Source: an uncultured Gammaproteobacteria bacterium (GTDB taxonomy: Bacteria > Patescibacteriota > Patescibacteriia > Patescibacteriales > UBA12465). Taken from it: a stretch of 39,835 nucleotides of DNA. The notes under the pieces were generated by a model. The model was not told the DNA's origin and did not search any database. It saw nothing but the letters and a program-made list of their open reading frames with translations. A program made the translations under genes and the position numbers. This document shows positions 7,982 through 16,717 of the stretch, piece after piece (position 1 is the first letter of the stretch; every line of letters begins with the position of its first letter). Location of the stretch: contig CAZIHD010000003.1 in assembly GCA_964539015.1 (NCBI GenBank), forward strand, positions 1 to 39,835. The letters are read 5' to 3'.

Positions 7982-10402
7982 TTAAAAATCTCTAATTTGT
8001 GCCTCAAACTGATCGTGGCACTTTTGAATAAGGTCTGCCTGAATAAGATCAATTTCATCGACCGTCAAAGTGCGATCACCGGCTTGATAAGCAAGATGGA
8101 AGGCCCAGCTCTTCAAACCTTCACCCAGAGCTTCACCCTGATAAACATCAAATAATTCCACCTTAGCGAGCAAAGGATTAAAATCAGCCAAGACTCTCCA
8201 AAAATCATTATATAATATTTTTTCATTTACCACAAAGGCGAGATCGCGGATAATCGGCGGATACTTCGGTGTTTCTTGATAATGCGGCGCGGGTAAAAAC
8301 GCCGCTAAAGACAAGAGATCGTTAAAATTTATTTCTGCAAAAGCTGACTTCAACTTCAATCCGGAGGCAGACGCCAGATTACTATCAACTAAACCGACAA
8401 AGCCCAGCTCTTTGCCGGCACAGGAAACCGCCGCCGCTTGATCGGCTTGCACCCAAGCCGGCTTATTTTCTAAAGCGGTAAATTCTAACCGCGCCTGCGG
8501 CCAGAGAGAAGAAAATAATAATTCCAACCAACCTTTAACGCGGCCAAAAACGACATCAGCTTCTTGACCGGCAGCCAATAAACCCAAACGTTTACCTTGA
8601 TAGGGCAATAACTCGCCTTTTAAATCACGAACATACTCTCCCGGCAAAGATAAAAACACCCGCCCTAATTCAAATAGGCCGAAATTATGATAGTAAAATT
8701 GATTGGAACGGGCGTTAGCTAAAAGACCAACCAACAAATTCGGACGCAAACAAGCATATTGAGCCGACATCGGATTAGCCAAGCGCAAACACCGGCCAGG
8801 ATCGAGATTAAGCTTGGTCAAAGAGGATTCGCTGACAAAAGAATAATTATACACTTCGCTCAAACGGCCGCTGCCGCTGAGTATGTTCTGAATTTTACGC
8901 TCTAAAAGCAATTCGTCGTTTTCTGGCAATAAAGACAAAACCGCCGCCGGAGCAACCGCCGGGATATTATCATAGCCGATAATCCGAGCGACTTCTTCCA
9001 GGATATCCTCTTTAATGGAAACATCTTTAACGGCGCGCCAGCTCGGCGGCGTGACCGCAAGAATATTGTGTTCCAAACTGACGTTAAAACCAAGACGTTC
9101 TAAAATATTAATTGTTTCTTTCCGGCTGATTTCTCGGCCCAATCTCTTTTTCAACCAAGAAAAATCAACAGCGATCGGCGCTGGTTCTAATTGAAAATTT
9201 ACAATATCGGTCGGTTCGCCTGCCAGTTCGGCCGCCGGCATAATTTCTTTAATTAACTGCCAAGCGCGCCGCCAAGCTTCAACCGGCAGATTCGGATCCA
9301 GTGTTTTTTCAAAACGCATGGACGCATCGGTGCGCAAACCTAAGCGCTGCGAAGCCTTACGAATATAAACGGCGTCAAAGGTAGCCGCTTCTAAAATAAT
9401 ACTGGTCGTATTCTCATTGATAGCGCTATTTTCACCGCCCATGATTCCGGCCGCCCCGATTATTTTTGATCCATCTGTAATTAAAATCGTTTCTGGCGGC
9501 AGTAATCGTTCTTTGCCATCCAAAGTTTCCAAACTTTCTCCCGGCTTGGATAAGCGCACGGCGATTTTTTTGATACCTTCGGCGTTAAAGGCGTGTAAAG
9601 GCTGGCCACATTCCAGCATAACGTAATTAGTCACATCGACTAAAGCGTTAATCGGCCTGGAGCCGGCGGCCAGCAAGCGCTCCTTCAGCCAGCGCGGAGA
9701 TTCCATAACTTTCACTTTATTAATCTTAACAGCGATATAACGGGAACAAATATTTTTGTCTTCGATTTTTACCGAAACGCTTTCTTTGCCGGCCGGAGAC
9801 AAAAGGCTGTCTTCAATTTGAAGATAGGGACGTAACGGAGCCTTGGCCAGAACGCTGATTTCCCGCGCCAAACCATAATGTCCCAGGAGATCGCCGCGGT
9901 TAGACAAGGACTTATTGTCAATCTCAAAAATAATATCGTTCAAACCGAGATAATCGGCAAAATTCTGGCCGACTTTGGCTTTGTCGGCTAAAACCATAAT
10001 ACCCTCATGATTATCACCCAGGCCCAATTCGTCCTCGGCGCAGATCATGCCGACAGATTTTTGGCCGCGAATCTCCGATTCTTTAATGACCACACCGTTA
10101 GGCAAAGCGGCGCCGATCAAGGCGACCGGAACTTTCTGGCCGACAGCAACATTAGGCGCGCCGCAGACAATAACTAAAGTTTCTTTTTTAATATCTATTT
10201 TTACCAAATGCAAACGATCGGCGTTGGGGTGAGGGTCAACGGACAAAACTCGGCCGACGACGACTTTATCAAAAGCCCGGCTCTGCGCTTGCCAGCCCTC
10301 CACTTCTACCGTATGCATCGTCAATAACTGAGCAATTTTACTTGCCTCGGTCTTTTTTGATAATTTAACAAAATCTTTAAGCCAATTAAAAGATAAATAC
10401 AT
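7982..10402 (-). CDS. pheT: Phenylalanine--tRNA ligase beta subunit
   Basis: The 806-aa protein starts with the MYLSFNWLKDFV N-terminus and a tRNA-binding domain, and the B3/4 and B5 regions are recognisable. It lies directly downstream of pheS. Confidence 0.93.
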   Translation of the reverse strand: MYLSFNWLKDFVKLSKKTEASKIAQLLTMHTVEVEGWQAQSRAFDKVVVGRVLSVDPHPNADRLHLVKIDIKKETLVIVCGAPNVAVGQKVPVALIGAALPNGVVIKESEIRGQKSVGMICAEDELGLGDNHEGIMVLADKAKVGQNFADYLGLNDIIFEIDNKSLSNRGDLLGHYGLAREISVLAKAPLRPYLQIEDSLLSPAGKESVSVKIEDKNICSRYIAVKINKVKVMESPRWLKERLLAAGSRPINALVDVTNYVMLECGQPLHAFNAEGIKKIAVRLSKPGESLETLDGKERLLPPETILITDGSKIIGAAGIMGGENSAINENTTSIILEAATFDAVYIRKASQRLGLRTDASMRFEKTLDPNLPVEAWRRAWQLIKEIMPAAELAGEPTDIVNFQLEPAPIAVDFSWLKKRLGREISRKETINILERLGFNVSLEHNILAVTPPSWRAVKDVSIKEDILEEVARIIGYDNIPAVAPAAVLSLLPENDELLLERKIQNILSGSGRLSEVYNYSFVSESSLTKLNLDPGRCLRLANPMSAQYACLRPNLLVGLLANARSNQFYYHNFGLFELGRVFLSLPGEYVRDLKGELLPYQGKRLGLLAAGQEADVVFGRVKGWLELLFSSLWPQARLEFTALENKPAWVQADQAAAVSCAGKELGFVGLVDSNLASASGLKLKSAFAEINFNDLLSLAAFLPAPHYQETPKYPPIIRDLAFVVNEKILYNDFWRVLADFNPLLAKVELFDVYQGEALGEGLKSWAFHLAYQAGDRTLTVDEIDLIQADLIQKCHDQFEAQIRDF

Positions 10403-10411
10403 ATAGGAAAA

Positions 10412-11452
10412 TTAAAATTGTTCCAAAAAGCGCAAATCGCTGCCGGTTAAAAGACGGACATCATTGATCCCATATTTAAGCATGACCAAACGGCTCAAGC
10501 CAAAACCAAAAGCAAAACCGGAGTATTGTTCCGGATCAATGCCGCCGGCGCGCAAAACATTGGGGTGAATCAAACCGCAGCCGACAATTTCCAGCCAGCC
10601 GGAATGCTTGCAAACGCGGCAGCCCTGGCCTTGGCACAAAAAACAAGTATATTCGCCGTTTGACCCAGGTTCGACAAAAGGATAAAATTTCGGCCTCATG
10701 CGCAATTTTGTTTCCGGACCGTATAATTTTTTACCGACGACTTCCAAAATACTTTTTAAATGAGAAAAATTAAGATTTTTATCAATCATGACGCCTTCCA
10801 GCTGATAAAAAGTATGTTCATGGCGGGCATCGGTCGCTTCATTGCGGAAAACCCGCCCCGGCATGATTACTTTTAAAGGGGCGCCGTATTTCTGCATTGC
10901 CCGCACCTGCGTATTGGAAGTCTGAGTCCGCATCGTTAAATCATACTCACCTTGCTTATTTTTTAAATCAACATATAAAGTATCTTGCATATCCCGGGCG
11001 GGGTGATAGGGCGGTACATTCAAAGTTTCAAAATTATAATATTCACTTTCCAATTCCGGACCGTCCATGACCGTAAAACCGAGAGTAGCAAAAAAATCTT
11101 CCAATTCCCGGCGAACCAGAGTCAAAGGATGAAGATGACCGCTTTCGATTTTTTCTCCGGGCAAAGTGGCGTCTGGATAAACAGCGGCCTGGACTTTCTT
11201 TTCCAGAGAATCTTTAGTTTCATTAAATTTACCTTGTAATTCTTGTTTGATGATATTGGCCAGTTCTCCGGCTTCACGGCGCACATCTAAGCTTAAATCT
11301 TTCAAACCGCCGAGAAGCTGGCTTAATTCACCTTTGCGAGACAGATATTTTAATTCTAAGTCGCGCAGAGCCGGCAAATCTTTAATTTCTTCCAGACTGG
11401 CCAGAAAATTATCCCGTAATTTTTCTAATTCATTTTTCATATATAATGACAT
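10412..11452 (-). CDS. pheS: Phenylalanine--tRNA ligase alpha subunit
   Basis: Class II motifs are present (HPLT, PPYHPARDMQDT, FRNE, GFAFGLGLSRL-like). An alternative ATG lies at 11440. Confidence 0.93.
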   Translation of the reverse strand: MSLYMKNELEKLRDNFLASLEEIKDLPALRDLELKYLSRKGELSQLLGGLKDLSLDVRREAGELANIIKQELQGKFNETKDSLEKKVQAAVYPDATLPGEKIESGHLHPLTLVRRELEDFFATLGFTVMDGPELESEYYNFETLNVPPYHPARDMQDTLYVDLKNKQGEYDLTMRTQTSNTQVRAMQKYGAPLKVIMPGRVFRNEATDARHEHTFYQLEGVMIDKNLNFSHLKSILEVVGKKLYGPETKLRMRPKFYPFVEPGSNGEYTCFLCQGQGCRVCKHSGWLEIVGCGLIHPNVLRAGGIDPEQYSGFAFGFGLSRLVMLKYGINDVRLLTGSDLRFLEQF

Positions 11453-11481
11453 TAAGTCAAAAAAATAATTTCAAATCTGTT

Positions 11482-11865
11482 TTAATTCCGGCTTTTTTTA
11501 TAGCTGGCGATAAATAATTCTAAAATCGCAAAAATAATCAAAAGCAAGCCGATATTCAACCAAGTAAAAAGATTAAAGGAAAGCAAAATTAAAGAGATGA
11601 CAATAAAGAGGGCAAAAAGAAAGGATTGGCGAAAGGCGGTTGCCACGGCGTAAAAGGCCAATTCTCGGCGCAAAGCGACAAAACGAATTAGAAAACCGAT
11701 TAAAGCGGCCGTGCCGGAAAGAGCTAAAAACAAAGAAATATAAAAAAGCAAAAAACCAAGCCAATTGGTGGCGGTAGGGTCGATCAGATTAAGCATTAAA
11801 ATAAAAATCCCCCAGCAAACCGCGGTCATGGCGCCCATGACAATCAAGTAATTCTTTAAAGTCAT
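11482..11865 (-). CDS. Hypothetical polytopic membrane protein (about 4 TM)
   Basis: The 127-aa protein is almost entirely hydrophobic helices. It sits inside the valS-pheST co-directional block. Confidence 0.6.
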   Translation of the reverse strand: MTLKNYLIVMGAMTAVCWGIFILMLNLIDPTATNWLGFLLFYISLFLALSGTAALIGFLIRFVALRRELAFYAVATAFRQSFLFALFIVISLILLSFNLFTWLNIGLLLIIFAILELFIASYKKSRN

Positions 11866-11882
11866 AAAGATTTAATCCGGGC

Positions 11883-14498
11883 TTAAGCCCGCAAGGCTAA
11901 ATTAATATTCTCTAATTCCTGGCCGTAATGAACCAGTTTTTCCTGCTCGGCTTGGATAATGGCTGCCGGCGCCCGCTGGATAAATTCCTGATTTTGCAAA
12001 CGCTGCCCCAGGCTGGCAATCAACTTTTCTAAATTTTCTTTTTCTTTGTTTAAACGGATACGTTCTTTTTCCGGATCAATTGCTCCCAATAAATAAATAT
12101 TCGTATCGCCCAAAACTATTCTAATCGCCGGCTCCAGCGGCGCTTGTTCGGATTTAGTTACAGCTTCTACGCCTGTCCGCAAACCGCTAAGCAAGGGGGC
12201 TTGAGCGATTAATAAATCCGCCAGGCCGCCGACAATTACGGCTCGCACTTTACGCGCCGGCTCAATCTTATTTTCACTGCGAGCATTACGAATAGCAATC
12301 ACGGCTTCTTGTAAGCGGAGAAAGTCAGCGACTGCCTCTTGATCGGCGCGCCCTTCGTTTCTCGCCGGCCATTGCTGAATCATTAAAAGATTATTATTAA
12401 AACTTTGCCAGATTACTTCGGTTACATAAGGAATGAAGGGATGCCACATAATCAACAAATTCTTAAGAATATAAACCAAAATCGACGCCTTATCCTTTTC
12501 TATCTTGGCGATTTCCAAATACCAATCAGCTAATTTATTCCAAGTAAAATCAGAGAGGGTCTCGGCCGCTGCCGAAAATTCAAAATCAGACAGCGCGGCG
12601 GCAGCAATTTTTTGAGTATTTCTTAACTCTTCTAAAATCCAGCAATCCGCCAAAGTATTGGCTGTCGGCATGGTTTCGGCCGGAACCGCTAAAACTTCTT
12701 CATTTAAATCACTAAGGATAAAACGAGCAATATTCCAAAGTTTATTGATAAAATTACGTTTTGATTCAATCTTCTCTTCGCTATAGCGAGAATCATTGCC
12801 GGGGGTTACTCCCATTAATAAAGATAAACGCACGGCATCGGCGCCATATTTCGCAATTACTTCCAAGGGATCAACGCCGTTGCCTTTAGATTTGGACATC
12901 TTCTTGCCCGCCTTGTCCAAAATCGTACCATGAATATAAACACGTTCAAAAGGAATTTCACCGAGAGCAAATAAAGACATCATTATCATCCGTGAAACCC
13001 AGAGAGTTAAAATTTCATATCCGGTTTCCAAAACTTGCGTTGGATGAAAACGAGCCAAATCACCAATTTTTATACCATTTTCAAAATTATCCGGCCAACC
13101 GAGCGTCGAAAAAGTCCACATACCGGAAGAAAACCAGGTATCAAGCGTATCTTGATCCGGCTGCCAGCCCTCGCCAACCGGCGCTTCGTCGCCGACATAA
13201 ATTTCTTCACCGCGATACCAGGCGGGAATGCTGTGGCCGTACCAAATCTGCCGGGAAATACACCAATCATGAAGATTCTTCATCCAATCGCAATAGCGCT
13301 TATCAAAACGTTCCGGTAAAAATTTAATCTCGTTTTTTTCCGCCACCGCCAAAGCTGCTTGTTTTAAAGACTTCCCGCCTAAGCGCGCCACCGGCTTATC
13401 CACAGAGATAAACCATTGTTTTGAGGGTAAAGGTTCGATAACGGTGCCGCAACGGTAGCAACGAGCGGAATTATGGAGATAATTTTCATCAATATGATCC
13501 ATTAAACCCATGGCGGTCATGTCTTTAACAATCGCCTCTCTGGCCTCAGCCGTGGTTAGGCCGGCATACTTGCCGCAATTTTCCATCATCCGGCCGTCTT
13601 CATTAATAATTTTCTTGCCTGGCAAATTATGGCGGGCGGCAATTTCGTTATCAATAAAACTATGAGACGGCGTCACTTTAACAGCTCCGGAACCAAAATT
13701 AATATCAACAGCTTTATCCGCCACCACTTTTACCATAAACTTGCCGATCACACCGGTAATTTCCAAATCTTGCCCGATGAATTTTTGATAGCGCGGATCA
13801 TCAGGATGAACGGCGACGGCCGTGTCTCCCAACTTTGTTTCCGGGCGAGAAGTTGCCAGGATAAAAGGACCGTATTTAATCCAATATAATTTGGCGGTTT
13901 CTTCCTGATATTCCACTTCGTCATCAGCCAGAGTTGAATGGCAGCGCGGACACCAGTTGACTATCCGCTCGCCGCGATAAATTACTCCTTCGCGATGCAT
14001 GTCCAAAAACATTTTTTTAACAGCTTTTTGGCGCGGCTCATCTAAAGTAAAAGCCAAACGCGACCAATCCAAAGAAGCTCCCATTTTGCGCGTCTGCTTG
14101 AGAATTATTGCCTGCGTCTCAGCCACAAACTTAACCACTTCAGATAAAAATTTTTCTCTGCCCAAATCATGCCTAGTTTGGCCGTTTTCTGCCAAAATTT
14201 TCTTTTCCACCATATTCTGGGTGGCAATCGCGGCGTGGTCGGTACCGGGCAGCCACAAAACGCGATAACCGGTCTGACGACGAAAACGAACCAGTAAATC
14301 TTCTATGGCCAGCATAGCGCTATGACCAAGGTGTAATTTAGCCGTAATATTAGGCGGAGGCAGAACAATGGTATAAGTTGGAGCATTATCGGGTAAATCT
14401 AACTTATCAGGGTTAAAAAAACCGGATTCCTCCCATTTTTGATAAATTCCGTCTTCAAATAGAGCCGGATCGTAAATTTTAGACAATTCATTTTTCAT
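11883..14498 (-). CDS. valS: Valine--tRNA ligase
   Basis: The HIGH-type motif is PPPNITAKLHLGHS and the KMSKS motif is KMSKSKGN. The protein is 871 aa with a C-terminal coiled coil. Confidence 0.95.
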   Translation of the reverse strand: MKNELSKIYDPALFEDGIYQKWEESGFFNPDKLDLPDNAPTYTIVLPPPNITAKLHLGHSAMLAIEDLLVRFRRQTGYRVLWLPGTDHAAIATQNMVEKKILAENGQTRHDLGREKFLSEVVKFVAETQAIILKQTRKMGASLDWSRLAFTLDEPRQKAVKKMFLDMHREGVIYRGERIVNWCPRCHSTLADDEVEYQEETAKLYWIKYGPFILATSRPETKLGDTAVAVHPDDPRYQKFIGQDLEITGVIGKFMVKVVADKAVDINFGSGAVKVTPSHSFIDNEIAARHNLPGKKIINEDGRMMENCGKYAGLTTAEAREAIVKDMTAMGLMDHIDENYLHNSARCYRCGTVIEPLPSKQWFISVDKPVARLGGKSLKQAALAVAEKNEIKFLPERFDKRYCDWMKNLHDWCISRQIWYGHSIPAWYRGEEIYVGDEAPVGEGWQPDQDTLDTWFSSGMWTFSTLGWPDNFENGIKIGDLARFHPTQVLETGYEILTLWVSRMIMMSLFALGEIPFERVYIHGTILDKAGKKMSKSKGNGVDPLEVIAKYGADAVRLSLLMGVTPGNDSRYSEEKIESKRNFINKLWNIARFILSDLNEEVLAVPAETMPTANTLADCWILEELRNTQKIAAAALSDFEFSAAAETLSDFTWNKLADWYLEIAKIEKDKASILVYILKNLLIMWHPFIPYVTEVIWQSFNNNLLMIQQWPARNEGRADQEAVADFLRLQEAVIAIRNARSENKIEPARKVRAVIVGGLADLLIAQAPLLSGLRTGVEAVTKSEQAPLEPAIRIVLGDTNIYLLGAIDPEKERIRLNKEKENLEKLIASLGQRLQNQEFIQRAPAAIIQAEQEKLVHYGQELENINLALRA

Positions 14499-14506
14499 AC
14501 CTTCTC

Positions 14507-14535
14507 AAATTACCAAAAATATGCCTTTACGTCAA
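14507..14535 (-). promoter_or_regulatory. Promoter of valS; the -10 box ends 8 nt before the ATG (leaderless-like)
   Basis: On the - strand: TTGACG (14535-14530), a 17-nt spacer, TAATTT (14512-14507), 8 nt, then ATG at 14498. Confidence 0.45.
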
Positions 14536-14547
14536 CCTTAAATTACC

Positions 14548-14576
14548 TTGACTCTAGCGAAAAATAATTATATATT
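14548..14576 (+). promoter_or_regulatory. Promoter of the DHH-family gene
   Basis: TTGACT (14548-14553), a 17-nt spacer, then TATATT (14571-14576). Confidence 0.55.
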
Positions 14577-14623
14577 GAATAGTTGGCCTAATGCGAAAAA
14601 CCTTATAAATACAAGTCTTAACG

Positions 14624-15787
14624 ATGTTAACTCCGGAACAACAAATCTTCAAACAAATTGAAAAATCAGAAAATATTTTGATTACTTTCAATGCGGATTG
14701 GAATGGCGACGCAGTCGCTTCAGCTTTAGCTTTGTCTTTATTGTTAAAAAAAATGGGGAAAAAAGCGGAGTTAGCCGCCTACCTCGCCCCTGAAGACAGT
14801 CTGCGGCAAAAAGCATCGGAAGCTTGGCGCTTTCTGCCAAATTACAAAGAAATAAAAACTTCTTTAAAAAATTTGCGAAAATTTATTGTTTCTTTGGATA
14901 TCAGCCAAGCGACTATTAACCAGATCAAATACACAGTAGACGGGCAAAAATTAAATTTTATTATTTCTCCGGAAAAGGGCTGGTTTAGTCCGGAAGACAT
15001 CAGTACTTCTTCCAGCGGCTTTAAATATGATCTGGTTTTTATTTTAGATACGCCCGACTTAGAATCTTTGGCGGCGATTTACGATAACAATGTGGAATTT
15101 TTTTATAAAACAACCATCATTAATATTGATCATCAAGCCAATAATGAAGAATACGGCCAGATCAATTATCTCGATCTGAATGTCGTTTCCACGGCAGAAA
15201 TTATTTTTGCTTTATTTAAAGATCGGGAAGAGTGTCCTTTGGATGAAGAAATTGCCACTTGCCTGCTGGCCGGAATTATCAGTAAAACTAAAAATTATAA
15301 GAGCGCCAACCTTACCCCCCGCACGCTTCTCACCAGTTCCAAACTAATCGGCCTCGGCGCCAAACGGGAAGAAATTATTAATCAACTTTATCGTTCCCGC
15401 CCGCTGGCCGTTCTTAAACTCTGGGGAAAAATCCTTAATAATTTACAGGCGGAAGCCGATAAGCAGCTGATTTGGTCGCTATTAACCGGCGAGGATGCGG
15501 CCGCCGTTGAAGACGAGGGTCTTAATCTGGGCGAAATCGTCGAAGAAATAATCGCCAGTGTGCCGGAAGCAAAATTAATTTTAATCGCCTATACCCTTAA
15601 GGAACAAACGACTATCAGAATTTCTGCTTATGCGGTCAAAGGCGTTTCGGCCTTAGAAAGTCTCAAGCCCTGGCAAGGCACGGGCAATATTAAATCCGCT
15701 CAAGCGGAGATTGTGGCTACTCCAGACAAATGGCAGACCGATATTATTCGAGTAATTAAAGAAAGGCTTGATAAAAATCTCGGCTGA
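14624..15787 (+). CDS. DHH/DHHA1-family (NrnA-like) protein with substituted catalytic motifs
   Basis: The overall layout is NrnA-like (…GDAVASALAL…, LDTPD, NIDHQ, a C-terminal DHHA1-like region). The DHH motif reads DHQ, and the GGGH position appears to read GTGN. Confidence 0.7.
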   Translation: MLTPEQQIFKQIEKSENILITFNADWNGDAVASALALSLLLKKMGKKAELAAYLAPEDSLRQKASEAWRFLPNYKEIKTSLKNLRKFIVSLDISQATINQIKYTVDGQKLNFIISPEKGWFSPEDISTSSSGFKYDLVFILDTPDLESLAAIYDNNVEFFYKTTIINIDHQANNEEYGQINYLDLNVVSTAEIIFALFKDREECPLDEEIATCLLAGIISKTKNYKSANLTPRTLLTSSKLIGLGAKREEIINQLYRSRPLAVLKLWGKILNNLQAEADKQLIWSLLTGEDAAAVEDEGLNLGEIVEEIIASVPEAKLILIAYTLKEQTTIRISAYAVKGVSALESLKPWQGTGNIKSAQAEIVATPDKWQTDIIRVIKERLDKNLG

Positions 15788-15854
15788 TGATATAAAAAGA
15801 AAAGATTGCCGGCGAGATTGAATAAACAGGTTTTCCGAGCCATTGCCACCGCTG

Positions 15855-15927
15855 GCGCCTATAGCTCAGTGGTTAGAGCACCGCTCTTATAAAGCGGGGG
15901 TCGATGGTTCAAATCCATCTAGGCGCA
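15855..15927 (+). tRNA. tRNA-Ile with a genomically encoded UAU anticodon
   Basis: The acceptor is gcgccta/taggcgc and the D arm is gctc-agtggtta-gagc. The anticodon stem is ccgct/agcgg with loop ctTATaa. The T arm is gatgg-ttcaaat-ccatc. The body resembles bacterial tRNA-Ile. Confidence 0.85.
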
Positions 15928-15970
15928 CTATCGACAAAGCGAAACTTTGCCGGATTGAGATTAAGTTGTA

Positions 15971-15999
15971 TTGCTAATTTTGCACCTATACAATATAAT
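15971..15999 (+). promoter_or_regulatory. Promoter upstream of tRNA-Val (and probably hsp20 and the genes after it)
   Basis: TTGCTA (15971-15976), a 17-nt spacer, then TATAAT (15994-15999). The tRNA starts at 16011. Confidence 0.6.
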
Positions 16000-16010
16000 G
16001 AAAAAATAAA

Positions 16011-16084
16011 GGGCTCGTAGCTCAGTTGGTTAGAGCGTTACGTTGACATCGTAAAGGTCGCCCGTTCGAGTCGGGCCGGGCCCA
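16011..16084 (+). tRNA. tRNA-Val (anticodon GAC)
   Basis: The acceptor is gggctcg/cgggccc, with one U.G pair. The anticodon stem is ttacg/cgtaa with loop ttGACat. The T arm is gcccg-ttcgagt-cgggc. Confidence 0.9.
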
Positions 16085-16100
16085 CCTTATTTTTCTTCTT

Positions 16101-16517
16101 ATGTTAAAATTATTTTCCGGACGCCAGCGCCATCTCGTCACCGCCGAAGACAATTCGGCTATCAGTGACTGGATGGAGAAGGAGGCGGCTTCCGAAGGAC
16201 AGCTGTCGGTTGATGTTTATCAAACCGATAAAAAAATCATCATTCAATCAACTATCGCCGGCGCTCGGCCGGAAGATTTAAAAATTTCCCTGCGCAATGA
16301 TTTATTGACTGTCCACGGCACCAGGCGCCAACCGCAAGCCGTTTCCGAAGAACAATATCTTTATCGTGAATGCTACTGGGGGCCTTTTTCCCGTTCCATT
16401 ATTTTACCGGCCGAAGTTGACAGCCATAAAGTGGAAGCGGATTTGGAAAACGGCGTCTTAACTATCACTTTGATCAAAATCAACCCGGAAACAATTGCCG
16501 TTAATTTCAAAGGCTGA
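16101..16517 (+). CDS. Hsp20/alpha-crystallin family small heat-shock protein
   Basis: The alpha-crystallin domain reads LSVDVYQTDKKIIIQSTIAGARPEDLKISL...FSRSIILPAEVDSHKVEADLENGVLTITL. The gene starts 16 nt after tRNA-Val. Confidence 0.88.
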   Translation: MLKLFSGRQRHLVTAEDNSAISDWMEKEAASEGQLSVDVYQTDKKIIIQSTIAGARPEDLKISLRNDLLTVHGTRRQPQAVSEEQYLYRECYWGPFSRSIILPAEVDSHKVEADLENGVLTITLIKINPETIAVNFKG

Positions 16518-16518
16518 T

Positions 16519-16707
16519 ATGGATTACGAACTCACCGTCGCCGGCTTCAGCGCCGACCAGGTAATTTTAGAAGATAAAGAAAGTAATCTGATTTATTGGC
16601 CGAAAGAAAAATTGCCGCAAGTCCCGGAAATCGGGCAGAAGCTTAATTTTTCTATCGGTACCGATAAAACGGCTTTATTGAACGAATTATTGCACACCGA
16701 TAATTAA
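16519..16707 (+). CDS. Small hypothetical protein (62 aa), possibly DUF3006-like
   Basis: The ATG lies 1 nt after the hsp20 stop. The pattern ...VILEDKESNLIYWPKEKLPQVPEIGQKLNFSI resembles the small DUF3006 fold family, but that is by eye only. The ORF track opens earlier, at 16495, inside hsp20. Confidence 0.5.
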   Translation: MDYELTVAGFSADQVILEDKESNLIYWPKEKLPQVPEIGQKLNFSIGTDKTALLNELLHTDN

Positions 16708-16717
16708 TGTTTATTAT

